A DNA stretch of 53,121 bases from an uncultured Chloroflexia bacterium (GTDB lineage: Bacteria > Chloroflexota > Anaerolineae > B4-G1 > SLSP01), in the NCBI GenBank assembly GCA_963751345.1, contig CAVVUS010000026.1, forward strand, positions 1 to 53,121, read 5' to 3'. Below the pieces are notes generated by a model that was not told where the DNA came from, made no database searches, and saw nothing but the letters and a program-made list of their open reading frames with translations. Below are positions 21,464-31,550 of this stretch, piece after piece. How positions within the stretch are numbered: the stretch's first letter is position 1; each line of letters begins with the position of its first letter. A program made the translations under genes and the position numbers.

Positions 21464-22723
21464 CTACGGGAATATGCCCCGCTCTCGATACACCGTCTGC
21501 AGACGATCGAGCGCCACGATGTAGGCCGCCATGCGCCAATCCGTCTCGTAATGACGCATGGCATCGCGCACCCGCCGGTAGGCTCCAACGATCTGCTTGT
21601 GCAGCTTAGCGTCTACTTCTTCCAAATCCCAGAACTCGCTACGCTTGTTCTGCAGCCATTCGAAATAACTGACAATTACGCCGCCCGAGTTGGCAAGGAC
21701 GTCGGGGAGCACCAAAATCCCCTTCTCCTGCAGGATCCTGTCGCCATCGATGTCCGTCGGACCGTTCGCGCCCTCGACCACCAGCTTGACGTCAAGCAAA
21801 GGTGCGGTCTCTGCCGTGATCTGGCTTTCCAGCGCCGCCGGGACGAAGAAGTCGGCCTTCGTGCTAAAGAAGGTCTCGTGATCGACGACCCTGCCACCGG
21901 GATAGCCCTGTGCGCGCCCCTCGCGTGCCACGTACACCGCCAGGTCGTCGGGATCGATGCCATTGGGGTTGACCAGCGCGACGGAGTGATCCTCGATGCC
22001 GACCATCACCGCCCCCAGCGGCTTGAGCAAGCGAGCAGCCCACGAACCGACGTTGCCGAAACCCTGGATGATGTACGTGGCACCCTCCAGTTTGAAGTCA
22101 TGGTCTTTGGCCCACTCCGCCAGCACGTAGGTTAGCCCCTGACCCGTCGCCTTGTCGCGACCTACGCTTCCGCCCGATTCCACCGGCTTGCCCGTCACCA
22201 CGTGAACGCAGCGGTTACGCTCCAATGGGGGCATCATCTGCAGATAGGTATCCAAGATCCACGCCATAATCTGCGCGTTAGTGTTGACGTCCGGCGCGGG
22301 GATATCGTATTCCGGCCCGATGTTGCTGCCCAGCGCGAATGTAAAGCGCCGCGTGATTCGCTCCAGCTCCTCCTGGCTGAAGTCCCAGGGCCGCATCTGG
22401 ATCCCACCCTTGGCACCTCCGAAGGGAATACCTGCGATAGCCGTCTTCCAGGTCATCCACGCAGCCAGCGCACGAACTTCATCGATGTCTACGGCGGGGT
22501 GAAAGCGCAATCCCCCCTTGTAGGGTCCCAGCACGTTGTTGTGCTGGACCCGATAGCCGGTGAACATCTGTACGCAGCCGTTGTCCATTACTACCGGGAA
22601 GTTCACGACAATCTCATTCGTCGTATGTGACAAAATCTTACGAATCTCAGGATTCATCTCCATAAGATCCGCGGCTTTGTCGAACTGCGCCAGCACCGTC
22701 TCGAAGACGCTCAATTGGGTCAT
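21464..22723 (-). CDS. gdhA: Glutamate dehydrogenase (Glu/Leu/Phe/Val family)
   Basis: GPYKGGLRF, PFGGAKGG, PAPDVNT, QGFGNVG, EGANGP, NSGGVIVSYFEW. Confidence 0.95.
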   Translation of the reverse strand: MTQLSVFETVLAQFDKAADLMEMNPEIRKILSHTTNEIVVNFPVVMDNGCVQMFTGYRVQHNNVLGPYKGGLRFHPAVDIDEVRALAAWMTWKTAIAGIPFGGAKGGIQMRPWDFSQEELERITRRFTFALGSNIGPEYDIPAPDVNTNAQIMAWILDTYLQMMPPLERNRCVHVVTGKPVESGGSVGRDKATGQGLTYVLAEWAKDHDFKLEGATYIIQGFGNVGSWAARLLKPLGAVMVGIEDHSVALVNPNGIDPDDLAVYVAREGRAQGYPGGRVVDHETFFSTKADFFVPAALESQITAETAPLLDVKLVVEGANGPTDIDGDRILQEKGILVLPDVLANSGGVIVSYFEWLQNKRSEFWDLEEVDAKLHKQIVGAYRRVRDAMRHYETDWRMAAYIVALDRLQTVYRERGIFP

Positions 22724-22742
22724 GCACGATCCTCCTATGAAA

Positions 22743-22759
22743 GATATAAATGTTATATC
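22743..22759. promoter_or_regulatory. AT-rich palindrome, candidate operator between divergent gdhA and acuC
   Basis: GATATAA-ATG-TTATATC. Confidence 0.45.
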
Positions 22760-22883
22760 ATTGTGTCATCGATCAGCGAGTGACGAATGACCGGAAAACG
22801 GGGGCAGAATGAGCGAAAACCAATCGCCAATCCCTTCGACTCCCTGTATCATGAACGCACTCAACCGCACAACAGGAGGCTTC

Positions 22884-24035
22884 ATGACCAACGACGCCGG
22901 CTACCAAAACACAGGACCGGGATCCCCCCGCCGCGCGCTCTTCATCTCATCGCCCGCGCTCTGGCGCGCAGGGTTTGGGGGAAAACACCCGCTCAAACCG
23001 GAGCGATTGGCCCGCACCGTGGCCTTGCTGGATGGGTATCATGCCTTCGACGCGCCCCACGTTGAGGTCATTGAGCCGCGCCTGGCCACCGAAGACGAGT
23101 TGGCACTCTTCCATACCCCCGACTACATCGATACCGTGCGGCGACTGAGCGCGGGTGGCGACCGCCTTTCTGCCCACCGTTATGGCTTTGGGCCCGGGGA
23201 CAACCCCATCTTCAATGGCATGTACGAGAGCTCCTCGCTGAAGGCGGGGGGCGGCATTATGGCCGCGGAACAGCTGCTGGCCGGGACCTGCGATGTGGCC
23301 TTCAACTTCAGCGGGGGGCTACACCACGCCGCGCCAGATCACGCCTCAGGCTTCTGCATCTTCAACGACGTCGCGGTGACCATCGCCTGGCTCGTGGCGC
23401 AGGGAAAGCGCGTCGCCTATGTGGACATTGACGCGCACCACGGCGACGGGGTTCAGAATGCGTTCTACGCTACCGACCGCGTGCTCACGATCTCGCTGCA
23501 TCAGGACGGGCGAACTCTCTTTCCAGGCTCGGGCTTTGTGGAGGAGAACGGTTCGGGTGCGGGCGAGGGCTACAGCGTCAACATCCCTCTTTACCCCTAT
23601 ACCGATGATGCCACCTACCTCTGGGCCTTCCGCGAGCTCGTGCCGCCGCTGGTCCGGCGCTTCGCGCCGGACGTGCTGGTTACCCAACTGGGCGTCGACA
23701 CCCACTTCCTCGATCCGCTCACCCAGCTTGCCCTCACCACCGAGGGCCACGCGGCTCTATTCGCCGAGTTCGATGAGCTGGCGACGATGCCCTGGTTGGC
23801 TTGTGGAGGAGGGGGCTACAACCTCGACGTCGTACCCCGTTCGTGGACGCTTGCCTTTGGGGTTATGTCCGGTCAAACGCTTCCCGACGACCTTCCCGAG
23901 TCCTATCGAGAGACTTACGGCGGGCAATGGCTGCACGACCACGAGAAGCCTGCGTTGGACGGGGCTTCTCGCTCCCAGGTGCGCCGCCACGCAGAGCAGG
24001 TCGTGGCGGCAGTGCAGGCGCGCACGCATCTCTAG
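22884..24035 (+). CDS. acuC: Zn-dependent deacetylase, AcuC/HDAC class I-like
   Basis: HPLKPER, GGLHHA, SGFC, DIDAHHGDG, GGGGY; AGGAGG before ATG 22884. Confidence 0.85.
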   Translation: MTNDAGYQNTGPGSPRRALFISSPALWRAGFGGKHPLKPERLARTVALLDGYHAFDAPHVEVIEPRLATEDELALFHTPDYIDTVRRLSAGGDRLSAHRYGFGPGDNPIFNGMYESSSLKAGGGIMAAEQLLAGTCDVAFNFSGGLHHAAPDHASGFCIFNDVAVTIAWLVAQGKRVAYVDIDAHHGDGVQNAFYATDRVLTISLHQDGRTLFPGSGFVEENGSGAGEGYSVNIPLYPYTDDATYLWAFRELVPPLVRRFAPDVLVTQLGVDTHFLDPLTQLALTTEGHAALFAEFDELATMPWLACGGGGYNLDVVPRSWTLAFGVMSGQTLPDDLPESYRETYGGQWLHDHEKPALDGASRSQVRRHAEQVVAAVQARTHL

Positions 24036-24062
24036 AAGAAAACAGAACGGCGACGGAGGCGA

Positions 24063-25349
24063 CTATGGCACACGGCGCTCAGAGGTCGAAGACGTCCCCG
24101 TATCTTCACGTCGCAGGAACAACGTGAGCACCAAGGCGACAACCTGCACCGTGATTCCAAGCACGAACGGCCCACGGGGCGACGACGTGTAGAGCATCCC
24201 GGCCAAGGCGCCGCCGGCAGGCTGACCAACGCCGTCAGGGCGCCACTCGCTGAGAAGACCAGCGCCCGCTCGCGATCCCCAATGATGTTGGCCCAGTAGC
24301 TGTCATTGGCGGGTCTGAACAGGGCTACACTCACTGCGCTTCCGACGGACCAGAGAATGGCCCACCAGATCGTCCCGCTAGGCGAGGCCACCATGCAGAG
24401 GCAGGCAACGACGCTCAGGAGTTGGCCCACGACCAAATTCCCGAAGACCTGCTTACCCGGCGTGCGCCGGGAAGCCAGGAGGATCATCGCCATCGTCACA
24501 ACCGCGGAGATGAAAGGGAAAATCGCAATGGTCGAATCCGCAAGCCCGATGCCACGCCGATCGGTCATATAGATCGCCACGTAGGTGGTCCAGATCACTG
24601 TGTTGAACGTCAGCAGGTTACGCACCAACTATAAAGAGCCGGATGCGCCGGTCCACCCACATCGTCTTGAGGGCCGCGAGATACTCCCGGCCCAGCTCCC
24701 TGGGGGCCAGATCCAACGTGTCGACCATGCGTGCCCGCCCCATGCTGGTCTCCTGCAGCGTGAACTGGCGGAAACCGCGATCCCGACCGAGGAGACCATG
24801 ACAAGATCCCGCAAGGATGCGACCGGCAGGAATGATGCCCAGCATCGCGACAAGTAAGCCTGCTGCCGGTGCGAGGAGGCGGGCCCCGGACGAAAGGAAC
24901 TGCACCATGCGAAAGACCGCCGCCCGGTGCTCCGCAGGCACGTCCTCAACAAAGAGGCATTGGAAGCTGGGGTTCACAACGTAGACAAAGCCGTTGATGA
25001 ACCGTCCAATCAGAAAGTACCACGGGTTGCGCGCTATAGCATAGAGGCCCATAGGCACACCCCAGCAGAGGATATCGAAGACCACCAGCACCCGCTTGCG
25101 CCCGAACCGGTCGGCGAAGTATCCCCCCATCAGGGTGCTGATGAACTGCGTGAAGATGAGGACGCTTTCCAGCCACCCGATCTGGAGAGCAGTGACCCCT
25201 AGCGCCACCATATAGAGTGACACGTAGGTCCGATACCACTGGAACGATACGGCTGCGACGCCCTCCGTGATTGAGATGACCCGCGCATTGCCCCGGACCG
25301 TCGGGAAGAAGCCACGCCCTTGCCGTCGTCGCGTTGGCTGCTGGATCAC
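24063..25349 (-). CDS. MFS transporter (several indels)
   Basis: GGYFADRFGRK motif A; hydrophobic segments continue across frames; GGAGG before GTG 25349. Confidence 0.8.
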
Positions 25350-25368
25350 GTCAGTCCCGCCTCCCACG

Positions 25369-25399
25369 AAAAAAGGCTGGGCGTCGCAACGCCCAGCCT
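25369..25399 (-). terminator. Intrinsic terminator at the end of the ABC/GH29 operon
   Basis: 11-bp stem AGGCTGGGCGT / ACGCCCAGCCT with a 4-nt loop, followed by a T-run on the minus strand. Confidence 0.85.
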
Positions 25400-25460
25400 C
25401 GCAAGATCATACCAACGGCATCCGGCATGATGAGCCCGGTGTTTCGAGCGATCGACTCGC

Positions 25461-26858
25461 TCAACCCTCTAGCGACAGGGCCACCACCGTTGCGATAGGA
25501 TCAGGTGCGGCACCAGGGCCGTGGACGACCAGGGCATCGCCCTGTTGTTCGACCTTGAGCGCGGTGTCAGGGTCCTCCAGGAGATAGGCACCGGCCACGC
25601 CCTGCGGCAGCGACGGGAGCTTGAGCACGCCATCAGCGGGCCAGTCGAAGACATGCACGTAGACTGTGCCGGGCTTGGCGGTACTGCGCGCCCACCCGAG
25701 ACCCTGGAAGGGACCGGGCTTGGTGTCGTAGATCGCCTCACCGTTGACGTCCAGCCACTCGCCCATGCCGGCCAGCCGGTCGACACTCGGCTGGGGGATC
25801 ACACCCTCAGCCGTCGGTCCGACGTTCAGCAGGTAGTTGCCGCCCTTGCTGACGATGTCCACCAGCTTCCGAACCAGGTCCTCCGTCGACTTCCAGTTGT
25901 GGTCGTTGACCTTGAAACCCCAGGTGTCGTTCATCGTTGCCGGGGTCTCCCAGTCGACGGTCACGGCCTCACCAGGGATCCGGTTGTCGCCCGCCGAGGC
26001 ATAGTCGCCCAACTGATTGCCGATACGCCCGCACACGAGACAGTCGGGCTGTACCCCGTGGACCAACTCCAGCAACTGCTCGCTCTGCTCCTTGGTGATC
26101 CCCTTGGGGGTGTCAAACCAGATCAGGGCCACGGGCCCGTAGTTGGTGAGCAGTTCGCGCACCTGTGGCTTGACGAGCTCATCCAGATACTTCTGGAAGT
26201 TCTTGGTGGCGGGATCGTAATCCCAATCGTTGCCGTCCCCGTCCGGGTGATGCCAGTCCTGCGTCTGCGAGTAATAGAAGCCAAGCTTGATGCCCTGCTT
26301 GGCGCATTCCTCGGCCAACTCCTTGAGCGGGTCCCGGCCAAAGGGTGTGCGGTCCATGATGTCGTAGTCGCTGACCTTGGAGTCGAAAATGCAGAAGCCA
26401 TCGTGGTGCTTGGACGTGATGACCATGTACTTCTGCCCGGCCCGCTTGGCCAGCGACACCCACTCGGCAGCATTGAACTTGACGGGGTTGAACTGCTCGG
26501 CCAGCTTCTCATACTCGCTCACAGGGATGCGTGCGCGATACATAATCCACTCGCCAATGCCCGGGATCTCCTGCCCCCCCCACTGGCCCGCGGGGACGGC
26601 GTAGAGGCCCCAATGGATGAACATGCCAAACTTGGCCGCACGCCACCAAGCCAGCCGGGTATCGAGGTGCGCGCCTGCTCGCTGGCCGCGCGTCTCAACG
26701 ATTGCGGGCCTTGACTCGCGTTCCTCAAGCGCCCGTCGGAGCAGATAATCCACCGCATCCGCCAGCTCCACGTGCATGGCCGCAGCAACTTTCTCCATCC
26801 TGGGCATCATCGCATCGGTGAGCTTTACGGTTCTCTCGGGTGATTCTGATTCTGCCAT
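25461..26858 (-). CDS. GH29 alpha-L-fucosidase-family hydrolase with an N-terminal RHH-like extension
   Basis: KFGMFIHWG, SKHHDGF, WFD nucleophile, NYLLNVGP; about 65 aa of non-signal-peptide N-terminus. Confidence 0.9.
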   Translation of the reverse strand: MAESESPERTVKLTDAMMPRMEKVAAAMHVELADAVDYLLRRALEERESRPAIVETRGQRAGAHLDTRLAWWRAAKFGMFIHWGLYAVPAGQWGGQEIPGIGEWIMYRARIPVSEYEKLAEQFNPVKFNAAEWVSLAKRAGQKYMVITSKHHDGFCIFDSKVSDYDIMDRTPFGRDPLKELAEECAKQGIKLGFYYSQTQDWHHPDGDGNDWDYDPATKNFQKYLDELVKPQVRELLTNYGPVALIWFDTPKGITKEQSEQLLELVHGVQPDCLVCGRIGNQLGDYASAGDNRIPGEAVTVDWETPATMNDTWGFKVNDHNWKSTEDLVRKLVDIVSKGGNYLLNVGPTAEGVIPQPSVDRLAGMGEWLDVNGEAIYDTKPGPFQGLGWARSTAKPGTVYVHVFDWPADGVLKLPSLPQGVAGAYLLEDPDTALKVEQQGDALVVHGPGAAPDPIATVVALSLEG

Positions 26859-26878
26859 CCGTTGCCTCCTGGTTCAGG

Positions 26879-27940
26879 TTAAGGGGTTGTCGCAGTGTCT
26901 CGCAGAGGTCGTAGCCGACCTATGCCACGCCGGATAGGGATAAGCTCCTCAGCGCGATGGCAACTCACGAAGTGCGCAGGGCTCAACTCGCGCAACACCG
27001 GCGTCTCGACCTGGCAGATCTCCTTGGCATAGCGACACCGGGGATGGAAATAGCAGCCGCTTGGGGGATTGGACGGGTCGGCTACCTCACCCTCCAACAC
27101 GATGCGCTGCTTCGTCGCTCGCGGATCAGGCCGCGGTACCGCCGACATCAGCGCCTCCGTGTAAGGATGCAGGGGAGCCGGATAGATCTCGTCGGTAGCC
27201 CCCATCTCGACCAGCTTTCCCACATACATCACGGCGACACGGTCAGCGATATGCCGGACCACACTCAGATCGTGGGCAACGAAGAGGTACGTCAGGCCAA
27301 AGCTGCCCTGCAACTCACGGAGCAGGTTCAGCGTCTGAGCCTGGACCGACACGTCCAACGCCGAGACCGGCTCATCGCAGACGATGAAACGCGGACTCAA
27401 TGCCAGCGCGCGGGCAACGCCGATCCGTTGTCGCTGACCACCGCTAAACGCATGCGGGTAGCGACGCAGATACTCGGGGCGCAGCCCTACCGACCGAAGC
27501 AACTCCGCCACACGATCCTCCAGCGCCCGTCCCCGCAGGCCATGGTCGATCACCAGGGGCTCGCCCACAAGTTCCAAGAGCGTCATCCGCGGGTTCAGCG
27601 AGGAATAGGGATCCTGGAAGATGATCTGCATCTGCTGTCTGACCCGGTTCAGCTCCGACCGCTCCAGCGCCCGGAGATCAACCCATCCGTCGCGCTGATC
27701 GCGGAACATGATCTCCCCGGCCGTCGGCTCAATTGCCCGTAGGATGCAGCGACCGGTCGTCGTCTTGCCACAACCGCTCTCGCCCACCAGCCCCAAGGTC
27801 TCGCCCTCGTTCACATACAAGCTGATGTCGTCCACCGCCTTAACGTTGCCCACGGTCTTCCTGAAGAACCCCTTCTTGATGGGAAAGTACTTCTGCAGGT
27901 TGGATACCTCCAAGAGCCGCTCGTCTTTTCTCTCTGCCAT
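26879..27940 (-). CDS. OppF/DppF-type ABC ATPase
   Basis: [35 protein letters not shown]. Confidence 0.95.
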   Translation of the reverse strand: MAERKDERLLEVSNLQKYFPIKKGFFRKTVGNVKAVDDISLYVNEGETLGLVGESGCGKTTTGRCILRAIEPTAGEIMFRDQRDGWVDLRALERSELNRVRQQMQIIFQDPYSSLNPRMTLLELVGEPLVIDHGLRGRALEDRVAELLRSVGLRPEYLRRYPHAFSGGQRQRIGVARALALSPRFIVCDEPVSALDVSVQAQTLNLLRELQGSFGLTYLFVAHDLSVVRHIADRVAVMYVGKLVEMGATDEIYPAPLHPYTEALMSAVPRPDPRATKQRIVLEGEVADPSNPPSGCYFHPRCRYAKEICQVETPVLRELSPAHFVSCHRAEELIPIRRGIGRLRPLRDTATTP

Positions 27941-27955
27941 ACGCCTCTCTCCCCC

Positions 27956-29065
27956 TTACGCCTGGCGGTCCCGGTCCGAGCGCCCGGCTGCTGAGCGGCT
28001 CGCGCCCTCGCCGTACAGAACGCATCGTACCCAATGCCCAGCCTCGACCTCGATCCACGGCGGATCCATATCCGCGCATTCGGGGCGGGCTTGTCGACAG
28101 CGTGGGTGGAACGGACATCCTGAGGGCAGGTGGTAGGGATCCGGCACCATACCCTTGATCGCCTCGAGCCACTCCGTCCGATCCTCGGTGATCCGTGGGA
28201 TGGACCGCAGCAGCGCCTGGGTATAGGGATGCAGCGCATTGTAGAAGAGCGAATCGACATCCGCCTCCTCCACCACTTTCCCCAGGTACATCACGACGGC
28301 CGCATCGGCCATCTCGGCGACGACGCCGAGATCGTGCGTAATGTACATAATGGCCATGCCCAGGTCTTCCTGCAACTGGCGCATCAGATCAAGAATCTGG
28401 GCCTCAGTCGTCACGTCAAGGGCGGTCGTCGGCTCATCGGCAATCAACAGGTTCGGATTGCACGATAGCGCCATGGCAATCATCCCGCGCTGCCGCATGC
28501 CACCGCTGAGCTCGAAGGGATAGCTGTCAACCGTGACCGAGGGTCGGGGCATGCCCACGCGCTCCAGCATATGGATAGCTCGCTCGCGGGCCTCCGCCTT
28601 CGACACGTGCTGGTGCAGCATAATGTTCTCCATGATCTGGTTGCCCATCGTGTGTACAGGAGAGAGGGAGGTCATCGGTTCCTGAAAGACCATGGCGATC
28701 TCATTGCCCCGGATCTCACGGATTTCCGGTCCCTTGGGATCGAGCTTTGTGAGATCGATGACATCCGCCATCGCGAAGGACTCCTTATCGTCGGTATAGC
28801 GATAGTAGCGCAGCCCTCCCTCCAGGATCCGCCCGGGCGGCGGGACAATCCTGAGAATGGACTGCGCGGTGACGCTCTTACCACAGCCACTCTCCCCCAC
28901 GACCGCCAGAGTCTTTCCCCGCTCGATCGTGAAGTCTGCTCCATCCACGGCCCGTACCGTCCCCTCTTCCAGGGGAAAGTACGTCTTCAGTCCCTCGACC
29001 TCCAGCAACACCCTGCCGTTGGCCTTTGGGCCACCCGTGACCTCCAGATTATCGGCAACCATCAT
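27956..29065 (-). CDS. OppD/DppD-type ABC ATPase
   Basis: [35 protein letters not shown]. Confidence 0.95.
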   Translation of the reverse strand: MMVADNLEVTGGPKANGRVLLEVEGLKTYFPLEEGTVRAVDGADFTIERGKTLAVVGESGCGKSVTAQSILRIVPPPGRILEGGLRYYRYTDDKESFAMADVIDLTKLDPKGPEIREIRGNEIAMVFQEPMTSLSPVHTMGNQIMENIMLHQHVSKAEARERAIHMLERVGMPRPSVTVDSYPFELSGGMRQRGMIAMALSCNPNLLIADEPTTALDVTTEAQILDLMRQLQEDLGMAIMYITHDLGVVAEMADAAVVMYLGKVVEEADVDSLFYNALHPYTQALLRSIPRITEDRTEWLEAIKGMVPDPYHLPSGCPFHPRCRQARPECADMDPPWIEVEAGHWVRCVLYGEGASRSAAGRSDRDRQA

Positions 29066-29070
29066 TCCTC

Positions 29071-30324
29071 CTAGTCAAGGAGCACACACCCCGCACCGAG
29101 CTTCTGCACGGGGGGACTGTCGAATTCCAACTTGATCACTGTGACGCCCGCTATGCGATCCGGATCGAAGTGGGGCAGGTTCTTGAGAATCAACCGCTCT
29201 TCGGTCTGCTCAAACGTGATCGGGGTCCCGTCGGCCAAGAAACTGGCCTTGACCAACTTGGTGCGCAGCCCGCCGATGACCAGCTCAGATCCCGGCCACC
29301 GCTCGCACCAGTAGTAGGCAGTGTTACCCTTGAGCGTCCACTTACCGGTATTCATAAACTCTACCCGGCCGCGTCCGGCGCGGTCGACCTGGCCATAGAG
29401 CGCCTCGCCGTTCTTGCTGACCCACTGGCCCACCGCGGTGAGGCGTTCCGTAGCTTCGGGCGGAACCGAACCATCCGGCGCGGGGCCGATGTTCAGCAGC
29501 AGGTTGCCCTGGCCCGCGGTCGCCGTGCGCAACATATCGATGACCTCACGCACCGGGCGCCAATCGGGGGCGATCGGCATATATCCCCAGGAGCCGTTGA
29601 AGGTCATGCAGGCCTCCCATGCGCGGCCCTCTTCCTCCGCTGTGACATGCTCCTCCGGCGTGCCGAAGTCCTCAGGTAGCTGAGAGCGGTTGTTGATCAG
29701 GATGTGCGGCTGCAGCTCCCGCGCCATCGCGTTCATCTTGACGCTCTCCCAGGCCTCAGGGCTGCTCAGCGGCCAGGAGACATCGTACCAGAGGATATCG
29801 ATCTTGCCATAGTTGCTCATCAGCTCGCGCACGCACCCCTGGGTGAAATCAAGGAAGCGCCGGCGGGCGCCTTCATCCTTCGCGCACGCCGCACCGTCAG
29901 GATGGTGCCAATCCATCAACGAGTAGTAGAAGCCGATCTTCAGGTCGAACTCGCGGCAGGCCTCCACGAACTCACGTACCAGATCCCGTCCGGGGCCGCA
30001 CTTGGCGGCGTTGTAGTCCGTCTGCTGGGTGTCCCAGAGGCAGAAACCCTCGTGGTGCTTGGTGGTCATCACCATGTATTTCATGCCGGCCTGCTTGGCC
30101 AGCGCAGCCCACTCGCGTGCAGGGCGCTCCTTCGGATTCCACGTCGCAGCCAGCTTCTCGTATTCGGCGAGAGGAATCCGCTCGCGGTTCATCACCCATT
30201 CATGACGCCCCAACTGGGCATAGAGCCCCCAGTGGATGAACATCCCGAAGCGCGCCGCTTGCCACCAGCGGATGCGCTCGGCTCGGGTCTCAGCGATCTG
30301 CTGTAGATAGGCTTCTTTTTCCAT
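29071..30324 (-). CDS. GH29 alpha-L-fucosidase-family hydrolase (cytoplasmic)
   Basis: RFGMFIHWG, TKHHEGF, WYD, NLLLNIGP. Confidence 0.92.
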   Translation of the reverse strand: MEKEAYLQQIAETRAERIRWWQAARFGMFIHWGLYAQLGRHEWVMNRERIPLAEYEKLAATWNPKERPAREWAALAKQAGMKYMVMTTKHHEGFCLWDTQQTDYNAAKCGPGRDLVREFVEACREFDLKIGFYYSLMDWHHPDGAACAKDEGARRRFLDFTQGCVRELMSNYGKIDILWYDVSWPLSSPEAWESVKMNAMARELQPHILINNRSQLPEDFGTPEEHVTAEEEGRAWEACMTFNGSWGYMPIAPDWRPVREVIDMLRTATAGQGNLLLNIGPAPDGSVPPEATERLTAVGQWVSKNGEALYGQVDRAGRGRVEFMNTGKWTLKGNTAYYWCERWPGSELVIGGLRTKLVKASFLADGTPITFEQTEERLILKNLPHFDPDRIAGVTVIKLEFDSPPVQKLGAGCVLLD

Positions 30325-30374
30325 GACCGACTCCTCTTGGATGAGAGATAGGGAGAACGCGAGCTACCACAAGG

Positions 30375-31550
30375 CTACAGCCTCGAATACGGGTCTGCAG
30401 CATCGCGCAGCCCATCGCCGATGAAGTTGAACATGAGCACTGTGAGCACCACGAAAATCCCAGGGATCAGCTGCCAGGGGCGTTGCGCCACCACAGTGAG
30501 CTGCTGCGCATCCCTCAGCAACGTCCCCCAGCTCACCGCGGGCGCCTGGATCCCCAACCCCAGGAAGCTGAGCGATGTCTCGCCCAGGATGGTGTAGGGG
30601 ACCGCCAGCGTGATGTTGACCAACAGATAGCTCATAAAGTTCGGGAGCATATACCGGCCAATCAGCCGGGTCATGGGCGCACCATAGACCTGTGCGGCCA
30701 TGATGTAGTCTTCCTCACGCAACGAGAGCAGTTTGCCACGAACGGCCCGCGCCAGGCCACCCCACCCCAACACCGATAGGATAATCGTGATGGCGAAGTA
30801 GGTCCTGACGACCGGCCAGTCACGCGGGATGGCCGCCGCCAACCCCATCCACAGAGGAATGGATGGCGTCGCGACCATGAAGTCGACGACGCGCATGATG
30901 ACCTCATCAACAACGCCGCCGAGGTAGCCGGCAATTCCGCCCAGGCTCACCCCGAGGGCGAAAGTGAAAATGACACCGCCAAACCCGATGAACATCGAGA
31001 TGCGCGACCCATAGAGGGTTCGAGAGAACACGTCACGCCCCAACATATCCGAGCCAAAGAGGAAGACCGGCTGATCCGCCTCTATCCCGAAGAGACGCCA
31101 GTTCAGTGTGATGAGACCCAACAGCTTACGAGGTTCTGCCGGGATAAAGAAGCGTATCGGGTACATCGCTGACGTATCTTCGATGAAACCCACACGAAAG
31201 GTCTCCGGGTTGACCGTGCGGTCCAACTTGTAGACGAAGGGGCCCACCCATTTACCTGAGGCATCGCGCAAGTGGATCCGAGCCGGTGGGGCAATCTCCC
31301 ACGTGCCGAAACGCTGGCCCGTGTCATAGGGCGCAAACAGATCGGCAGTGATCGCAAAGAAATACATCACGAGCAAGACCACGATTGCGATCACCGCAAC
31401 ACGATGCTTCCTGAACTTCCACCACATAAGCTGCCACCCCGAGGCCGTGTAGAACGTCTCGCCGGCTTCTGCCATATGCATTCCGCGAACACCCGCGCCC
31501 TGGACCTCTGCTATTACGTCTGACATGATTACTTTACCCCTCTGCTCCAT
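30375..31550 (-). CDS. OppC/DppC-type ABC permease
   Basis: GSDMLGRDVFSR, GETSLSFLGLG, GDGLRDAADP. Confidence 0.93.
   Translation of the reverse strand: MEQRGKVIMSDVIAEVQGAGVRGMHMAEAGETFYTASGWQLMWWKFRKHRVAVIAIVVLLVMYFFAITADLFAPYDTGQRFGTWEIAPPARIHLRDASGKWVGPFVYKLDRTVNPETFRVGFIEDTSAMYPIRFFIPAEPRKLLGLITLNWRLFGIEADQPVFLFGSDMLGRDVFSRTLYGSRISMFIGFGGVIFTFALGVSLGGIAGYLGGVVDEVIMRVVDFMVATPSIPLWMGLAAAIPRDWPVVRTYFAITIILSVLGWGGLARAVRGKLLSLREEDYIMAAQVYGAPMTRLIGRYMLPNFMSYLLVNITLAVPYTILGETSLSFLGLGIQAPAVSWGTLLRDAQQLTVVAQRPWQLIPGIFVVLTVLMFNFIGDGLRDAADPYSRL

Noticed and set aside
25521-26714. Long antisense or alternate-frame ORFs (also 33534-34682, 50405-51736, 12012-13079)
   Set aside because: Shadow ORFs expected in high-GC coding DNA, with no motifs or RBS.
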